A stretch of 64,000 bases of DNA from Burkholderiales bacterium. GTDB lineage: Bacteria > Pseudomonadota > Gammaproteobacteria > Burkholderiales > Burkholderiaceae_C. How positions within the stretch are numbered: position 1 is the stretch's first letter; each line of letters starts with the position of its first letter. The position numbers and the translations under genes were made by a program. The notes below the pieces were generated by a model. The model was given only the letters and a program-made list of their open reading frames with translations, searched no databases and was not told where the DNA came from. The stretch lies in contig JACPVA010000186.1 of the NCBI GenBank assembly GCA_016191995.1, positions 57,670-121,669 of the forward strand. Reading direction: 5' to 3'. Shown in pieces: positions 9,252 to 18,111 of this stretch.

Positions 9252-9743
9252 ATGGCCGCATCCATCGCATTTCGCCTCGCCGGCGGCGCTGCCAACGCCG
9301 ACCCGCTGCTGTCCATCGGCGGCGTCATGAGCAGCGTCGCCGTCACGGCCAACACGCTGTTCGACACAGTGAGCGCCGGCGAGGCCAGCGCGGGCGATGC
9401 CGAGTACCGCAAGGTGTTCATCTACAACGACGGCGACAAGGCACTGACCAACGTCGTCGTCTGGATCAACGACCAGCCCGTGCAAGGCGTCATCGGACTG
9501 GCGCTCGACGGTGCCGGGAAGAACGCCGATGGCGAGACGGTGGCGAACGAGAACACGGCGCCCACCGGCGAGACCTTCGACGACACCACCGACCCGGTGG
9601 CCAATGCGCTGGCCGTGCCCGACCTGTCCGCCGGCGACCGCCATGCGATCTGGCTGCGCCGCACGATCAGCGCGAGCACGCCTGGCGTGGCGCTGGGGTC
9701 CAACGCAGCATCGCTGCGGGTGGACTACGAGTACGTCCCGTAA
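9252..9743 (+). CDS. Putative virion structural protein
   Basis: 163 aa beta-rich; AGGAG RBS; in the portal operon. Confidence 0.65.
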   Translation: MAASIAFRLAGGAANADPLLSIGGVMSSVAVTANTLFDTVSAGEASAGDAEYRKVFIYNDGDKALTNVVVWINDQPVQGVIGLALDGAGKNADGETVANENTAPTGETFDDTTDPVANALAVPDLSAGDRHAIWLRRTISASTPGVALGSNAASLRVDYEYVP

Positions 9744-9953
9744 TGCCGTACCGCGGCATCGTCGTGGCCCTCGTGCTCGTCACCCGCCGCACGGCGCGGC
9801 ATTGGTGGCAGCGGTGGCGGGTGCTGGCGCGGTGCGCGGTGCGGAGCGGGGAGTGACGAAGTGCCCACATACCTACGCGGCGGCCGGCGCTCGCGTGGTG
9901 GCGTTTTTTCGCAGGTTGCGCCGGCTACTGGCGCGTAACTCAGGAGCATCAAC

Positions 9954-10460
9954 ATGTTGACGGATATCCAGATTGCCGCGGTCCGAACGGCATGTTTTGG
10001 CGACCCAACAGCCGCGGCCTTGATTGCCGCCGGCAACGCCAACGGCCTGCTGGAGCATCTGAACACCGAAACGACATTCATCGTATGGCGGCCCGTGGTG
10101 GATGTGGAGGAAATCGGGCGTGTTGTGAGTTATGTTGCCGTGGTCAACTTGACGGCGACCAACTTGTCGCGCGTGACGAACTTTTTGGCCTTGAACCGCG
10201 AATCGTTCGACCCCTCGCGCAGTGATATTCGGCAGTATTTCGCCGATGCGTTTTCTGGGGCGCTCGGCGGGCAGGGGCAAAATACCCGTGATGCGCTGGA
10301 GGCCATGTATCGGCGCGCGGCACTTCGGGTCGAGGCCATGCTGGCAACCGGAACTGGTTCTACCGCATCCCCAGGGATACTTTCGTACGAAGGTACTCTG
10401 GCGCCATACGAAGCTACCGCCATCGTATTCCACGATGACGGGACGATTTGGACGCCTTAA
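9954..10460 (+). CDS. Hypothetical phage protein (AT-richer module)
   Basis: 168 aa MLTDIQIAAVRTACFGDPTAAALIAAGNANGL...; AGGAG RBS. Confidence 0.7.
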   Translation: MLTDIQIAAVRTACFGDPTAAALIAAGNANGLLEHLNTETTFIVWRPVVDVEEIGRVVSYVAVVNLTATNLSRVTNFLALNRESFDPSRSDIRQYFADAFSGALGGQGQNTRDALEAMYRRAALRVEAMLATGTGSTASPGILSYEGTLAPYEATAIVFHDDGTIWTP

Positions 10461-10474
10461 ATCCGGGGTAACTC

Positions 10475-10864
10475 ATGGCAAAAACTCTAGCACGCACTGC
10501 AATCATCAGTAGCGCGGTGAACACCGCCGGCAGCGCCACGCGCGGCAGAGTTGACTGTGTTGCCGTCGATGGCGGAATCGTTTCTTTTCGTATTACCAAC
10601 GGTGCCACCGGTCCAACTGCGCAGTGCTTTGCGCGCATTCTGATTGCACATAAAGATTCCGCCATGCCGGCCGCCGGAGCCGAAGCCACAGGAGATCTTG
10701 ACTGGAAACAGATTCTTGAAATCGGGGGTGGTGCGTCCGCGAACGCTTCTTCACGTGGAAGTTACGTTTTCGGCCCGGAAGTCGCATATCTGGAAATCGA
10801 ATTCAGCGGTAATACGGGGCAGGATGTGACGGTCGAGGCGCACGCTACCACGTACGTTTACTAA
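10475..10864 (+). CDS. Hypothetical beta-sandwich phage protein
   Basis: 129 aa MAKTLARTAIISS...ITNGATGPTAQC...YLEIEFSGNTGQDVTVEA. Confidence 0.7.
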   Translation: MAKTLARTAIISSAVNTAGSATRGRVDCVAVDGGIVSFRITNGATGPTAQCFARILIAHKDSAMPAAGAEATGDLDWKQILEIGGGASANASSRGSYVFGPEVAYLEIEFSGNTGQDVTVEAHATTYVY

Positions 10865-10865
10865 G

Positions 10866-11714
10866 ATGCTCGACCGCAGGATAATCACATTGCCGGAAAC
10901 GGTGATGCCTTTGTCGGGCACACCAGCATCGCCGTGGGCTCATAACCTTGGCTTGACGCGCTTATGGAGCTTCAACGGCGATATGTTGCCAAGAGACTCA
11001 CTGAGCGCCCAACGAACACTTACGGACCCCGATCTTTGTGCTAGGCAGAGCGCCGGGGAAGGTGGTCCGGGAATAGGTTTCTCCCCCGCGAATCTTTACA
11101 ACCGAGTGGTCGCTAGCGGATCTCCGTTTTACGGAGAGGCGCGCACACAGATTTTTGCGTTGTCACTGCTGAATACCAGCGATACTACTTGGAGAGTGCT
11201 GACCACGACGAAAAACAACGGTGGCACGACCAGCTCTCAGTTCCAGTATCAGTTTGTGATCGGCATAAAGGCATCAACTCGGCAGGTCGGAGCCTCAAAC
11301 AGTATGACGGCGCTGGATTCGGGCGTGATCAGCTTGATTCCCGGTTTGAATTTCGTGGCCGTGGCATACGCAAGAAATATTGCGACTAGAGTTACGGTCA
11401 ACGGTAGATACGCGGGCACCACGGACGCAATGGCAAGTACCGCGGCAGACGGAACGTGCGGCATAGGATACACGCGATATTCCGGCTATGCCTTGTCGCC
11501 GAGCGTTGCCGTAATAAACGCCCTGGCTGTATTGCCCTACGCCGCAGATGATGCACTTGCGGCTGAACTAACTCACCGTTTTCGTGAGTTATTTCAAAAA
11601 CGCCGAATTATGGTGCCGAGAAGCATCGGCGCTGCAGCCCCAACGCTGTCCGACCTGAAAGCCGTCAGCATCACGTCCAGCACGGTGCAAGGCACCTACG
11701 ACTACGCTTTCTGA
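10866..11714 (+). CDS. LamG/ConA-like lectin-fold protein, putative receptor-binding protein
   Basis: 282 aa; LWSFNG start, FVAVAY...RVTVNGR core typical of LamG-like jelly rolls; low GC. Confidence 0.5.
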   Translation: MLDRRIITLPETVMPLSGTPASPWAHNLGLTRLWSFNGDMLPRDSLSAQRTLTDPDLCARQSAGEGGPGIGFSPANLYNRVVASGSPFYGEARTQIFALSLLNTSDTTWRVLTTTKNNGGTTSSQFQYQFVIGIKASTRQVGASNSMTALDSGVISLIPGLNFVAVAYARNIATRVTVNGRYAGTTDAMASTAADGTCGIGYTRYSGYALSPSVAVINALAVLPYAADDALAAELTHRFRELFQKRRIMVPRSIGAAAPTLSDLKAVSITSSTVQGTYDYAF

Positions 11715-11720
11715 GCAGCC

Positions 11721-12989
11721 GTGGCCGCAACCCTCTATTTCGCAACATTCACGTCGGCCAATACGCCGACATGGGCGCGCGCAGACATTGGCAACGGGCG
11801 CAACGGGTTCTCGGCAACCGGCTACGTCACCAGCGACACGACGACGAGCGGCGTCCCAACGAGCGGCAGCGGCAACGACACCAGCGCAGGCATCACGCTG
11901 ACCGGCCTGAGCGCAGGCACTGCCTACAAGGTCTGGCTGATCTGGGACGACGGGACCAACAGTAGCAATCTGGTCGGAAGCACGGAGTTCACGACCACCG
12001 CACAGGGCAACGCCAGCATCGCCCTCGCGTTCGCGGTCCGCGCGGCCACCAGTGCGTCTGTCGCAGTCGGCTACCCGGTGCGCGCGTCAGGCTCGGCCCA
12101 GGTCGGCGTCGGGTATGCGGTGCGCACCGCGGCCAGCCAGCAGGTCGCCCTCGGCTACGGGGTTCGGGAGGCGTCCAGCGCGGCCGTGCCCATCGGCTAT
12201 GAGGCGCGCAGCGCCGGCAATGCGTCGGTCGCGCTCGGCTACGTAGTGCGCGGCGCAGGCACAAGCCAGGTCGCAGCCGGCTACAGCGTGCGCGATGCAT
12301 CGTCGGCCACCATCGCCACTGGCTACGCCGTCCGGTCCGCCTCCTCGGCCACGGTTGCCATCGGCTACGAGATCGACGCCGCAGTCGGCGCCGGATCGGC
12401 CGCGGTCGCCATCGGCTACAGCGTGCGCGCGGCCAGCAGCGACGCGATCGGACTCGGCTACGCGGTCCGCTCGGCAGGGCTGGCGTCGATCGCCGCGGGG
12501 TATGCTGTACGGGCCGCGTCCTCGGCGCAGGCCCAGGTCGGCTACGCCATCCGCGATAGCGGCAGCAGCGCGGCGGCGCTGGGCTACGAGGTCCAGGCCG
12601 CCGCCGGCGCGGGCTCCGCCACGGTCGCGATCGGCTACGCAGTGGCTGCCACCGGCAGCGCACAGGTCGCCGCCGGCTATGCGGTGCGCGCCGCCGGCTC
12701 GTGGGCAGTTGGCGCCGGCTACGCCGTGCGCTCGGCCGGGCTCGACAGCGTGCCGGTCGGCTACGTCGTGCGCAGCGCTGGGTCCGCGCTGGTGGCGGTG
12801 GGCTACGGCGTCGGCGCGACGGGCTATGCGACGGTCGCGCTTGGATACTCGGTTTCCGGCGTATACGTGTGGCCGCTGCCGGCCCCGCGCTACACCATCT
12901 CGGCCGCGGCCCGTCGCACGCTGTTGCGCGCACCGGCCCGTCGCACGCTGTTGCGCGCACCGGCCCGTCGCACGGAGATCACGGCATGA
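11721..12989 (+). CDS. Putative tail fibre with FN3-like N-terminus and 14-aa GYAVR repeats
   Basis: ITLTGLSAGTAYKVWL (FN3-like), then about 20 repeats of SxxVAxGYAVRxAx. Confidence 0.6.
   Translation: MAATLYFATFTSANTPTWARADIGNGRNGFSATGYVTSDTTTSGVPTSGSGNDTSAGITLTGLSAGTAYKVWLIWDDGTNSSNLVGSTEFTTTAQGNASIALAFAVRAATSASVAVGYPVRASGSAQVGVGYAVRTAASQQVALGYGVREASSAAVPIGYEARSAGNASVALGYVVRGAGTSQVAAGYSVRDASSATIATGYAVRSASSATVAIGYEIDAAVGAGSAAVAIGYSVRAASSDAIGLGYAVRSAGLASIAAGYAVRAASSAQAQVGYAIRDSGSSAAALGYEVQAAAGAGSATVAIGYAVAATGSAQVAAGYAVRAAGSWAVGAGYAVRSAGLDSVPVGYVVRSAGSALVAVGYGVGATGYATVALGYSVSGVYVWPLPAPRYTISAAARRTLLRAPARRTLLRAPARRTEITA
12907..12974 (+). repeat. 27-bp tandem repeat x2.5 (encodes ARRTLLRAP)
   Basis: CGGCCCGTCGCACGCTGTTGCGCGCAC at 12907 and 12934, partial copy at 12961. 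Confidence 0.9.
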
Positions 12990-13297
12990 CCCGCACGATC
13001 AGCAACCCGGGCTTCTCGCCCAAGGACCCGTCCGAGGTTCTCGATCTCGGTTTCGACTTCGCCTCGCTGACGGCCGCGCCGCTGTCGCCCGTGGTGACAA
13101 TCGCGCGCCACGCAGGTGCCGACGACCCGGCCCCGGAGGCGGTACTCTCTGGCGCGCCCAACGTCAGCGGCGCGACGGTGATTCAGCGCGTGCTGGGCGG
13201 CGTGGCGGGCACCGACTACGTGCTGCGCTGCCAGGTGCAGGACGCCACTGGCCAGATCTACGTGCTCTCCGGCGTGCTCCCGGTGCGGGCAGCATGA
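12986..13297 (+). CDS. Phage fibre-tail adaptor-like protein
   Basis: 103 aa MTRTISNPGFSPKDPSEVLDLGFDF...GGVAGTDYVLRCQV; ATGA overlap with upstream gene. Confidence 0.7.
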   Translation: MTRTISNPGFSPKDPSEVLDLGFDFASLTAAPLSPVVTIARHAGADDPAPEAVLSGAPNVSGATVIQRVLGGVAGTDYVLRCQVQDATGQIYVLSGVLPVRAA

Positions 13298-13734
13298 AGC
13301 TGAAGCTCGATATCGCCGGCGACCAGGCCGTGCGCGACCGGCTGCTGCGCATCGGCTCGTCGCCGCGCAAGGTCCTGGACCAGACCGCGGTCGATGTCGA
13401 GGACTACATCCGCGACGAGGCCGCGGTGCACCAGCGTACAGGGTCCCTCGTCAGTTCGGTCTACAAGCGTCGCATCACCGATGGCTGGGAGCTGGGCCAC
13501 GACCCGCGGCGCGCCCCGCACGCCGTGTTCGTGCACTGGGGCACCAGGCCACACAAAATCCGCCCACGACACAAGAAGGCCCTGCGCTGGCCCTCGGGCG
13601 GTGCCGGCTTCGTCTTCGCGCGCGGGGCGAACCATCCTGGCTACCTTGGCGACCCGTGGCTCACGCGCGCAGCGGCACGCGCCCCGCAGATGTTCAAGGC
13701 CCGGCTGCGCGTGCAACTGAACAAGGAGGGCTGA
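13294..13734 (+). CDS. HK97 gp10-like tail completion/neck protein
   Basis: RTGSLVSSV...HAVFVHWGTRPHKIRP...HPG....PWL motifs. Confidence 0.75.
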   Translation: MKLKLDIAGDQAVRDRLLRIGSSPRKVLDQTAVDVEDYIRDEAAVHQRTGSLVSSVYKRRITDGWELGHDPRRAPHAVFVHWGTRPHKIRPRHKKALRWPSGGAGFVFARGANHPGYLGDPWLTRAAARAPQMFKARLRVQLNKEG

Positions 13735-13735
13735 C

Positions 13736-14059
13736 ATGCCTTTGGCCAACCCCTACGCCGACGCCTACCTGGCGCCGCTCGTCACCCTGGCACGCGAGGA
13801 CCAGGCTGCAAGCGAAATCGCGATGCTGGGCACCTTCCCGGACGAGTGGACCAGCCGGCTGACGGTGCTGCGCGCCTACATCATCACCTGCACCGAGAGC
13901 ATGAAGTCCTCGGACGACACCTTCGCGGCCAAACTCTCCGCCTACCGCAAGGAGTTCGACGCCGCGCTGCCTCAAGCGCGCTCCGCGCAGGCGACCGTCG
14001 ACGCCGACACGACCTCAGGCGGGTCGAGCGTCTTCTCGGTCGAGCTGGAGCGCTCCTGA
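13736..14059 (+). CDS. Putative head-tail adaptor
   Basis: 107 aa helical MPLANPYADAYLAPLV...LRAYIITC; position among connector genes. Confidence 0.6.
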   Translation: MPLANPYADAYLAPLVTLAREDQAASEIAMLGTFPDEWTSRLTVLRAYIITCTESMKSSDDTFAAKLSAYRKEFDAALPQARSAQATVDADTTSGGSSVFSVELERS

Positions 14060-14439
14060 TGGACGCCATGACGACGCTGGAGACGCTGCGCGACGCGTTC
14101 GCGGCCGTGGAGGGTGTGGCCACGTCTGGCATCGGCCTCGAAGCGAACATGACGCCCGACGACTACCCGATGGTCCGCATCGTTCCGTCGAAGCTGGCGG
14201 ACGCGACTGTAATCGGCCGCAGGCGCATCGAGGCGCTGATCTACTTCGGCCAGCCGGTGCACGAGTTCACCGGGGGGCTCGAATCACTCTACGCCGAGCT
14301 GTTCGCCATGGAGGCCGCGCTGATCGACGCCGCCCGGCTCACGCCGGGCATCATCTTCGACTACCAGGAGACGATCCTCGACGAGGACCGGATCGAGGCC
14401 TACAAGCTGATGGCCATCCGGGCGACGATCGAGGGATGA
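14059..14439 (+). CDS. Putative tail terminator
   Basis: 126 aa MDAMTTLETLRDAFAAVEGV...DYPMVRIVP; TGATG coupling. Confidence 0.55.
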   Translation: MDAMTTLETLRDAFAAVEGVATSGIGLEANMTPDDYPMVRIVPSKLADATVIGRRRIEALIYFGQPVHEFTGGLESLYAELFAMEAALIDAARLTPGIIFDYQETILDEDRIEAYKLMAIRATIEG

Positions 14440-14861
14440 CCGTCATCGCCTGGGACGGGGCCGCGCTGGCGGCCGACAAGCGAGCGGTCATCGGTGGCGG
14501 CATCGCGCGCACCGTGACCAAGATTGTGCGCCGCGGCGACGCTCTGCTGGGCATCACCGGCGACTGGGATGTCGGCGCCGAGCTGCGTGCCTGGTGGATC
14601 GGCGGGGCCGACCCGATGCAGTTCCCGGTCAAGGCGCGCGAAGGCGGCGCAACCCTCATCGTCATCCAGCGCGGGCGGATCTTCAGCTACGTGTCCGGGC
14701 CCCATCCCATGGAGATCGAGGCCCCCCGGGCCGCCTGGGGCAGCGGGCGGGACTACGCCGAAGCGGCGATGCTGCTGGGCTGCGACGCGCGCCGCGCGGT
14801 GGAAGTCGCCTGTGAACTGCAGACCGACTGTGGCAACGGGGTCGACGTGCTGGCGCTGTAG
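14436..14861 (+). CDS. Ntn-hydrolase (HslV/proteasome beta-subunit-like) protein
   Basis: M-T-V-I-A-W-D-G...AADKR...TKI...GITG...AWGSG; Thr1, Asp17/Lys33-like and GSG motifs. Confidence 0.7.
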   Translation: MTVIAWDGAALAADKRAVIGGGIARTVTKIVRRGDALLGITGDWDVGAELRAWWIGGADPMQFPVKAREGGATLIVIQRGRIFSYVSGPHPMEIEAPRAAWGSGRDYAEAAMLLGCDARRAVEVACELQTDCGNGVDVLAL

Positions 14862-14869
14862 CCTGCGCG

Positions 14870-15100
14870 TCAGGCGGCCCGGCGCTCGGGGCTGATCGCC
14901 GGGGCGCTCCAGACCAACCCCAGATCCTGCTCGTCGAGCACCTCGGTTGCGACAGTTTCACCTTGATCGTCGGCGAACTCGACCAAGTACGCCCGCCGCG
15001 GCTTGGCGAAGACCGACACGACCGTTCCGCGAGCGCCCGCCTCCAAGCCCGCCGACGGCAGCGCTCGTTTGAGGGACACGACATCGAGGTCAGAGATCAT
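14870..15100 (-). CDS. DUF4926-family protein, putative immunity/antitoxin
   Basis: 76 aa LDVVSLKRALPSAGLEAGARGTVVSVF...AYLVEFADDQGETVA; overlaps the stop of the upstream gene. Confidence 0.75.
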   Translation of the reverse strand: MISDLDVVSLKRALPSAGLEAGARGTVVSVFAKPRRAYLVEFADDQGETVATEVLDEQDLGLVWSAPAISPERRAA

Positions 15101-16565
15101 TGCGCTTGCGCCTCACGTAGGCCGAAACCAGCCGCGGATGATTTTCGCCTTCGAGGATCATCCACCCTGTTCGGACGATACCACTGCCCGCCGGGCCTGT
15201 CACCGGAACGTCGACCGTGTACTCGCGCCCGAAGGGCTTGCGGCCCCGCTCGACCGCCGGTGACGCAGGCAGGGCGCGGAGGATCTCTGCCTCAAGCTGC
15301 GCCCGGGTGCTTCGGTCGAACCCCAGCACCGCAGCGATGACGCGAGCCTTGTGCCCGCCCTCCGGGTGGTCCGGGTTGAGCACGTAGTCCCGCAGCTTGG
15401 CCGTCGGGATGACCGCCCGGTCGAAACCCGGCAGAGCGTCCGGGTGCGCCAGGGCGCCGCCAGCCGCACCATCGCCCAGCCGCTGCGTCCGGTACTGGGC
15501 CTTGACGCCCGCATCCCACACCGCCACCGGATCGGCCCCCGCCAGGACCTGGTGCAGCCGCGCCTTCGAGCCCACGATGCGCGCGGCCTCGGCCGCCGGC
15601 AGCCCGCGGATGAAGGCCTGGGCCGCCATCGGCTGCGGCCTGGCATCGGTCAGGTCGAGATCCGGCCGCGAACGCAGCACGCACCGGCAAAAAGGGTGGA
15701 ACGGCGGCCGCGGCGCCTTGGCCTTCGGGTAGCAGCCGCGCCCCAGGCCGAACAGGTCGGCGCGCGCGTGCATGTCGCAGATGTCGGGCACCGGGTGCCT
15801 CGGATTCAGCAGCACCTGCACGACCTCGAGCTCGTCCTCGCCCATGAACTCGCGCGCCACCTCGGCCTGGTGCGCACGGTGCAGCTCGGTGCGGGCGATG
15901 CGCTCGGCGACGTACCTGTTCTTCTCGTGCTGCGCGACCCACAGGAGCCGTTTGAGGGCATCTTGGCCCCCACCCTGCTCCCACCGCTCGAACGCCTCCA
16001 GGTAAGCCGCCCTGAGGGCCGTGGTGCGCAGCCTGGCCGCCTGTTGCTGGCCATTGGTCATCAGCGCGGTCAGCTCGCGACGCGCGCGCGGGTCCTCGGT
16101 GAGCTTGCGCAAGGCCTTGGGCAGCTCCGCCCGCACGGCGCCTTCCAGCGGACGCCGGATGCCATCGTCGACGTTGTATCCATCGTACAGCCGCCGCGCC
16201 AGCTCTCGGGCCTGCGTCACGCCCTTGGCGTGCTCGCGCACGATCGCCGTGACTTCGGCGGCTACGGCCTGAGAGTGCCGATACAGGCGCTGCGCCAGCG
16301 TGATCTCGCCCACCGGCAGCGCGCGCACCAGTGCCGCGCCCACCGAGCGGTCGAGCAGGATGCCAAAGGCCTGGGCCAGCGCCTGCGCCACGCCGCCGCC
16401 GAACTCGACCTGCACGGCCAGAATGGCCTGGCGGGGCGACATGCCGGGGTTGGCCATCAGCAGCCGCCACATGCGCTCGAACGCGGCCTTGGCCAGGGTG
16501 TCGATCAGCACCTGCGCCCGGCGCTGCGCCTGGCGTGCGCGGTCTCCGATCGGCTCGTCAGCCAC
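15090..16565 (-). CDS. MuF-like minor head protein with C-terminal DUF6883-like putative toxin domain
   Basis: MuF-like C..C...PPFHPFCRC motif, then IPTAKLRDYVLNPDHPEGGHKARV...VRTGWMI...PRLVSAYV; GTG start at 16565. Confidence 0.75.
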   Translation of the reverse strand: MADEPIGDRARQAQRRAQVLIDTLAKAAFERMWRLLMANPGMSPRQAILAVQVEFGGGVAQALAQAFGILLDRSVGAALVRALPVGEITLAQRLYRHSQAVAAEVTAIVREHAKGVTQARELARRLYDGYNVDDGIRRPLEGAVRAELPKALRKLTEDPRARRELTALMTNGQQQAARLRTTALRAAYLEAFERWEQGGGQDALKRLLWVAQHEKNRYVAERIARTELHRAHQAEVAREFMGEDELEVVQVLLNPRHPVPDICDMHARADLFGLGRGCYPKAKAPRPPFHPFCRCVLRSRPDLDLTDARPQPMAAQAFIRGLPAAEAARIVGSKARLHQVLAGADPVAVWDAGVKAQYRTQRLGDGAAGGALAHPDALPGFDRAVIPTAKLRDYVLNPDHPEGGHKARVIAAVLGFDRSTRAQLEAEILRALPASPAVERGRKPFGREYTVDVPVTGPAGSGIVRTGWMILEGENHPRLVSAYVRRKRNDL

Positions 16566-16881
16566 GCGCCGCCCCCGCCGCATGCCGCTCGATGTCGACG
16601 CGCGCCTGCGCGATCACGCGGTAGGCCGAGCGACGGCTCAGGCCCATGGCCTGCAGGCGGTCGCGCACCGTGGGCGTGGCCTCGCCAAGCAGCAGCATTC
16701 TGCAAGCCGCGACCTCGGCGGCACGGTGCATCCAGCGGCGCTGAGACGGCATGCGGATCAGGCACCGGGCCCAACTCGCGCTGACGGCCTCCATCCGGCG
16801 CACCTGCTCGGGCGTGAGCCAGCAGCTGCGCCGGATCTCGTCGAGCATCGCCTCGTAAGTGGTCGTGCCACTGGCGGTCAT
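16558..16881 (-). CDS. Small protein with C-terminal HTH, candidate late-gene activator
   Basis: 107 aa ending TVRDRLQAMGLSRRSAYRVIAQA; ATGA-coupled to terL. Confidence 0.55.
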   Translation of the reverse strand: MTASGTTTYEAMLDEIRRSCWLTPEQVRRMEAVSASWARCLIRMPSQRRWMHRAAEVAACRMLLLGEATPTVRDRLQAMGLSRRSAYRVIAQARVDIERHAAGAARG

Positions 16882-18107
16882 AGTCCTGGCGCGTTGGCGG
16901 CTACGAAGGACGGACGCAAGGCCGTGCAAATGCCGCTCCACGCGATGGCCAAGGCCATGACCCCGTCGTCGTGCCCTCCCTTGGGCGCGCCGTAGCGCAT
17001 GGAGCCGGATGGCAAGCGTTCCTGGTCGAAGGCCAGCAGCTCGTCGATCAACCAGCGCACCATCGGCAGGCGCAGCTCGCCGCGCTCGAACGCCAGCGCC
17101 AGCGCCTCGATCGCCTCGGCCTTGCTCGCCGAGGTGGTCTGGAACGCGCGTACCGGCAGACGCATGCGCTGCAGCGCCTCCACCAGCGGGCCGCCCATGC
17201 TGTTGGACTCGGCCAGGATCGGCGCGCGCGGGAACCGCTCGTGCAGGGCCCGCAAACGGGCCAGCTGCACCGCGTAGTCGATCTGCGTGAAGCGGTCGAC
17301 CGCCACCACAGCCCTTTCCTTGGCATCGATCACGATGATGACCGTGAAGTCCTCGTGCCGCCCCCAGTCCACCCCGATGACGTAGGCCCGTCCGTCGCCG
17401 GCGTCGCGCGCCCAATGCGCCTCGACCGGAAGTCCGGTGTCGACCGCCGCCGTAACGAGCCGGAACACGCCCCCGCCGTCCTCGAGGAACTGCGCCAGGT
17501 ACTCCTGGGCGAAGATGCGCTCGGGCAGCGTCTGCCGGGCCTGCTCGATCTCATCGGCCGTGATGTGCGGGTTGGCGCTCGTCGGGGCGTGGTGATGGTT
17601 CCAGTCGTCGCGCTGCTGCGCCTGCAGGCTCAGGGCGTGGAAGTAGTTCCGCCCCTTGGGCGTGCTCAGGAACCAGGCGCCGCCCGCGTGGTCGGTCAGC
17701 GTCGGCCGGATGGCCGCCGTCCATGCCTGTTCGAGGTGCCGCGCCATCGCCGCCTCGTCCACGATCACCAGCCCGTACCTGCGGCCGCGGCCAGCGTCCT
17801 CGTCTTCCAGCGTCCAGCAGTCCAGCGCCGCGCCGTTGCGCAGCTCCATGCGGTGCTGCTGCGCGTCGGTGCGCGCGATCATGGCCTTGAGGAACGCCTT
17901 GGCGCTTCGCCAGGCCTCGTCCAGCAGCTTGTAGCTCGGCGCGAACCAGCCAACGTCGAGGCCTCGCCCCAGGCCTCCAGGCGCATGCGGGGCGCCGTAG
18001 TAGGCCAGGGCCAGGCCCATCGTCGTCTTGCCGAAGCGGCGGCCACACGCCACCGTGTTGAACCGGCGCGCGGCCTGCAGGATCGTGCGCTGGCCCTCGT
18101 GCAACAT
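16878..18107 (-). CDS. Terminase large subunit
   Basis: Walker A CGRRFGKT, Walker B LVIVDEAA, STPKG, nuclease GVDWG...D and HDDGVMALA. Confidence 0.95.
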   Translation of the reverse strand: MLHEGQRTILQAARRFNTVACGRRFGKTTMGLALAYYGAPHAPGGLGRGLDVGWFAPSYKLLDEAWRSAKAFLKAMIARTDAQQHRMELRNGAALDCWTLEDEDAGRGRRYGLVIVDEAAMARHLEQAWTAAIRPTLTDHAGGAWFLSTPKGRNYFHALSLQAQQRDDWNHHHAPTSANPHITADEIEQARQTLPERIFAQEYLAQFLEDGGGVFRLVTAAVDTGLPVEAHWARDAGDGRAYVIGVDWGRHEDFTVIIVIDAKERAVVAVDRFTQIDYAVQLARLRALHERFPRAPILAESNSMGGPLVEALQRMRLPVRAFQTTSASKAEAIEALALAFERGELRLPMVRWLIDELLAFDQERLPSGSMRYGAPKGGHDDGVMALAIAWSGICTALRPSFVAANAPGL

Positions 18108-18111
18108 GTGG

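Noticed and set aside
9743-9960. Two tiny ORFs (37 and 35 aa) between 9743 and 9960
   Set aside because: Too short with no RBS or motif support, although they fill the operon gap
9954-12989. Diversity-generating retroelement acting on the fibre genes
   Set aside because: No reverse transcriptase and no TR/VR pair differing at adenines in the window
7620-14875. Portal block as an actively invertible segment
   Set aside because: No matching inverted repeats seen at the two junctions and no invertase nearby; only a 5-bp hairpin at 14861-14875
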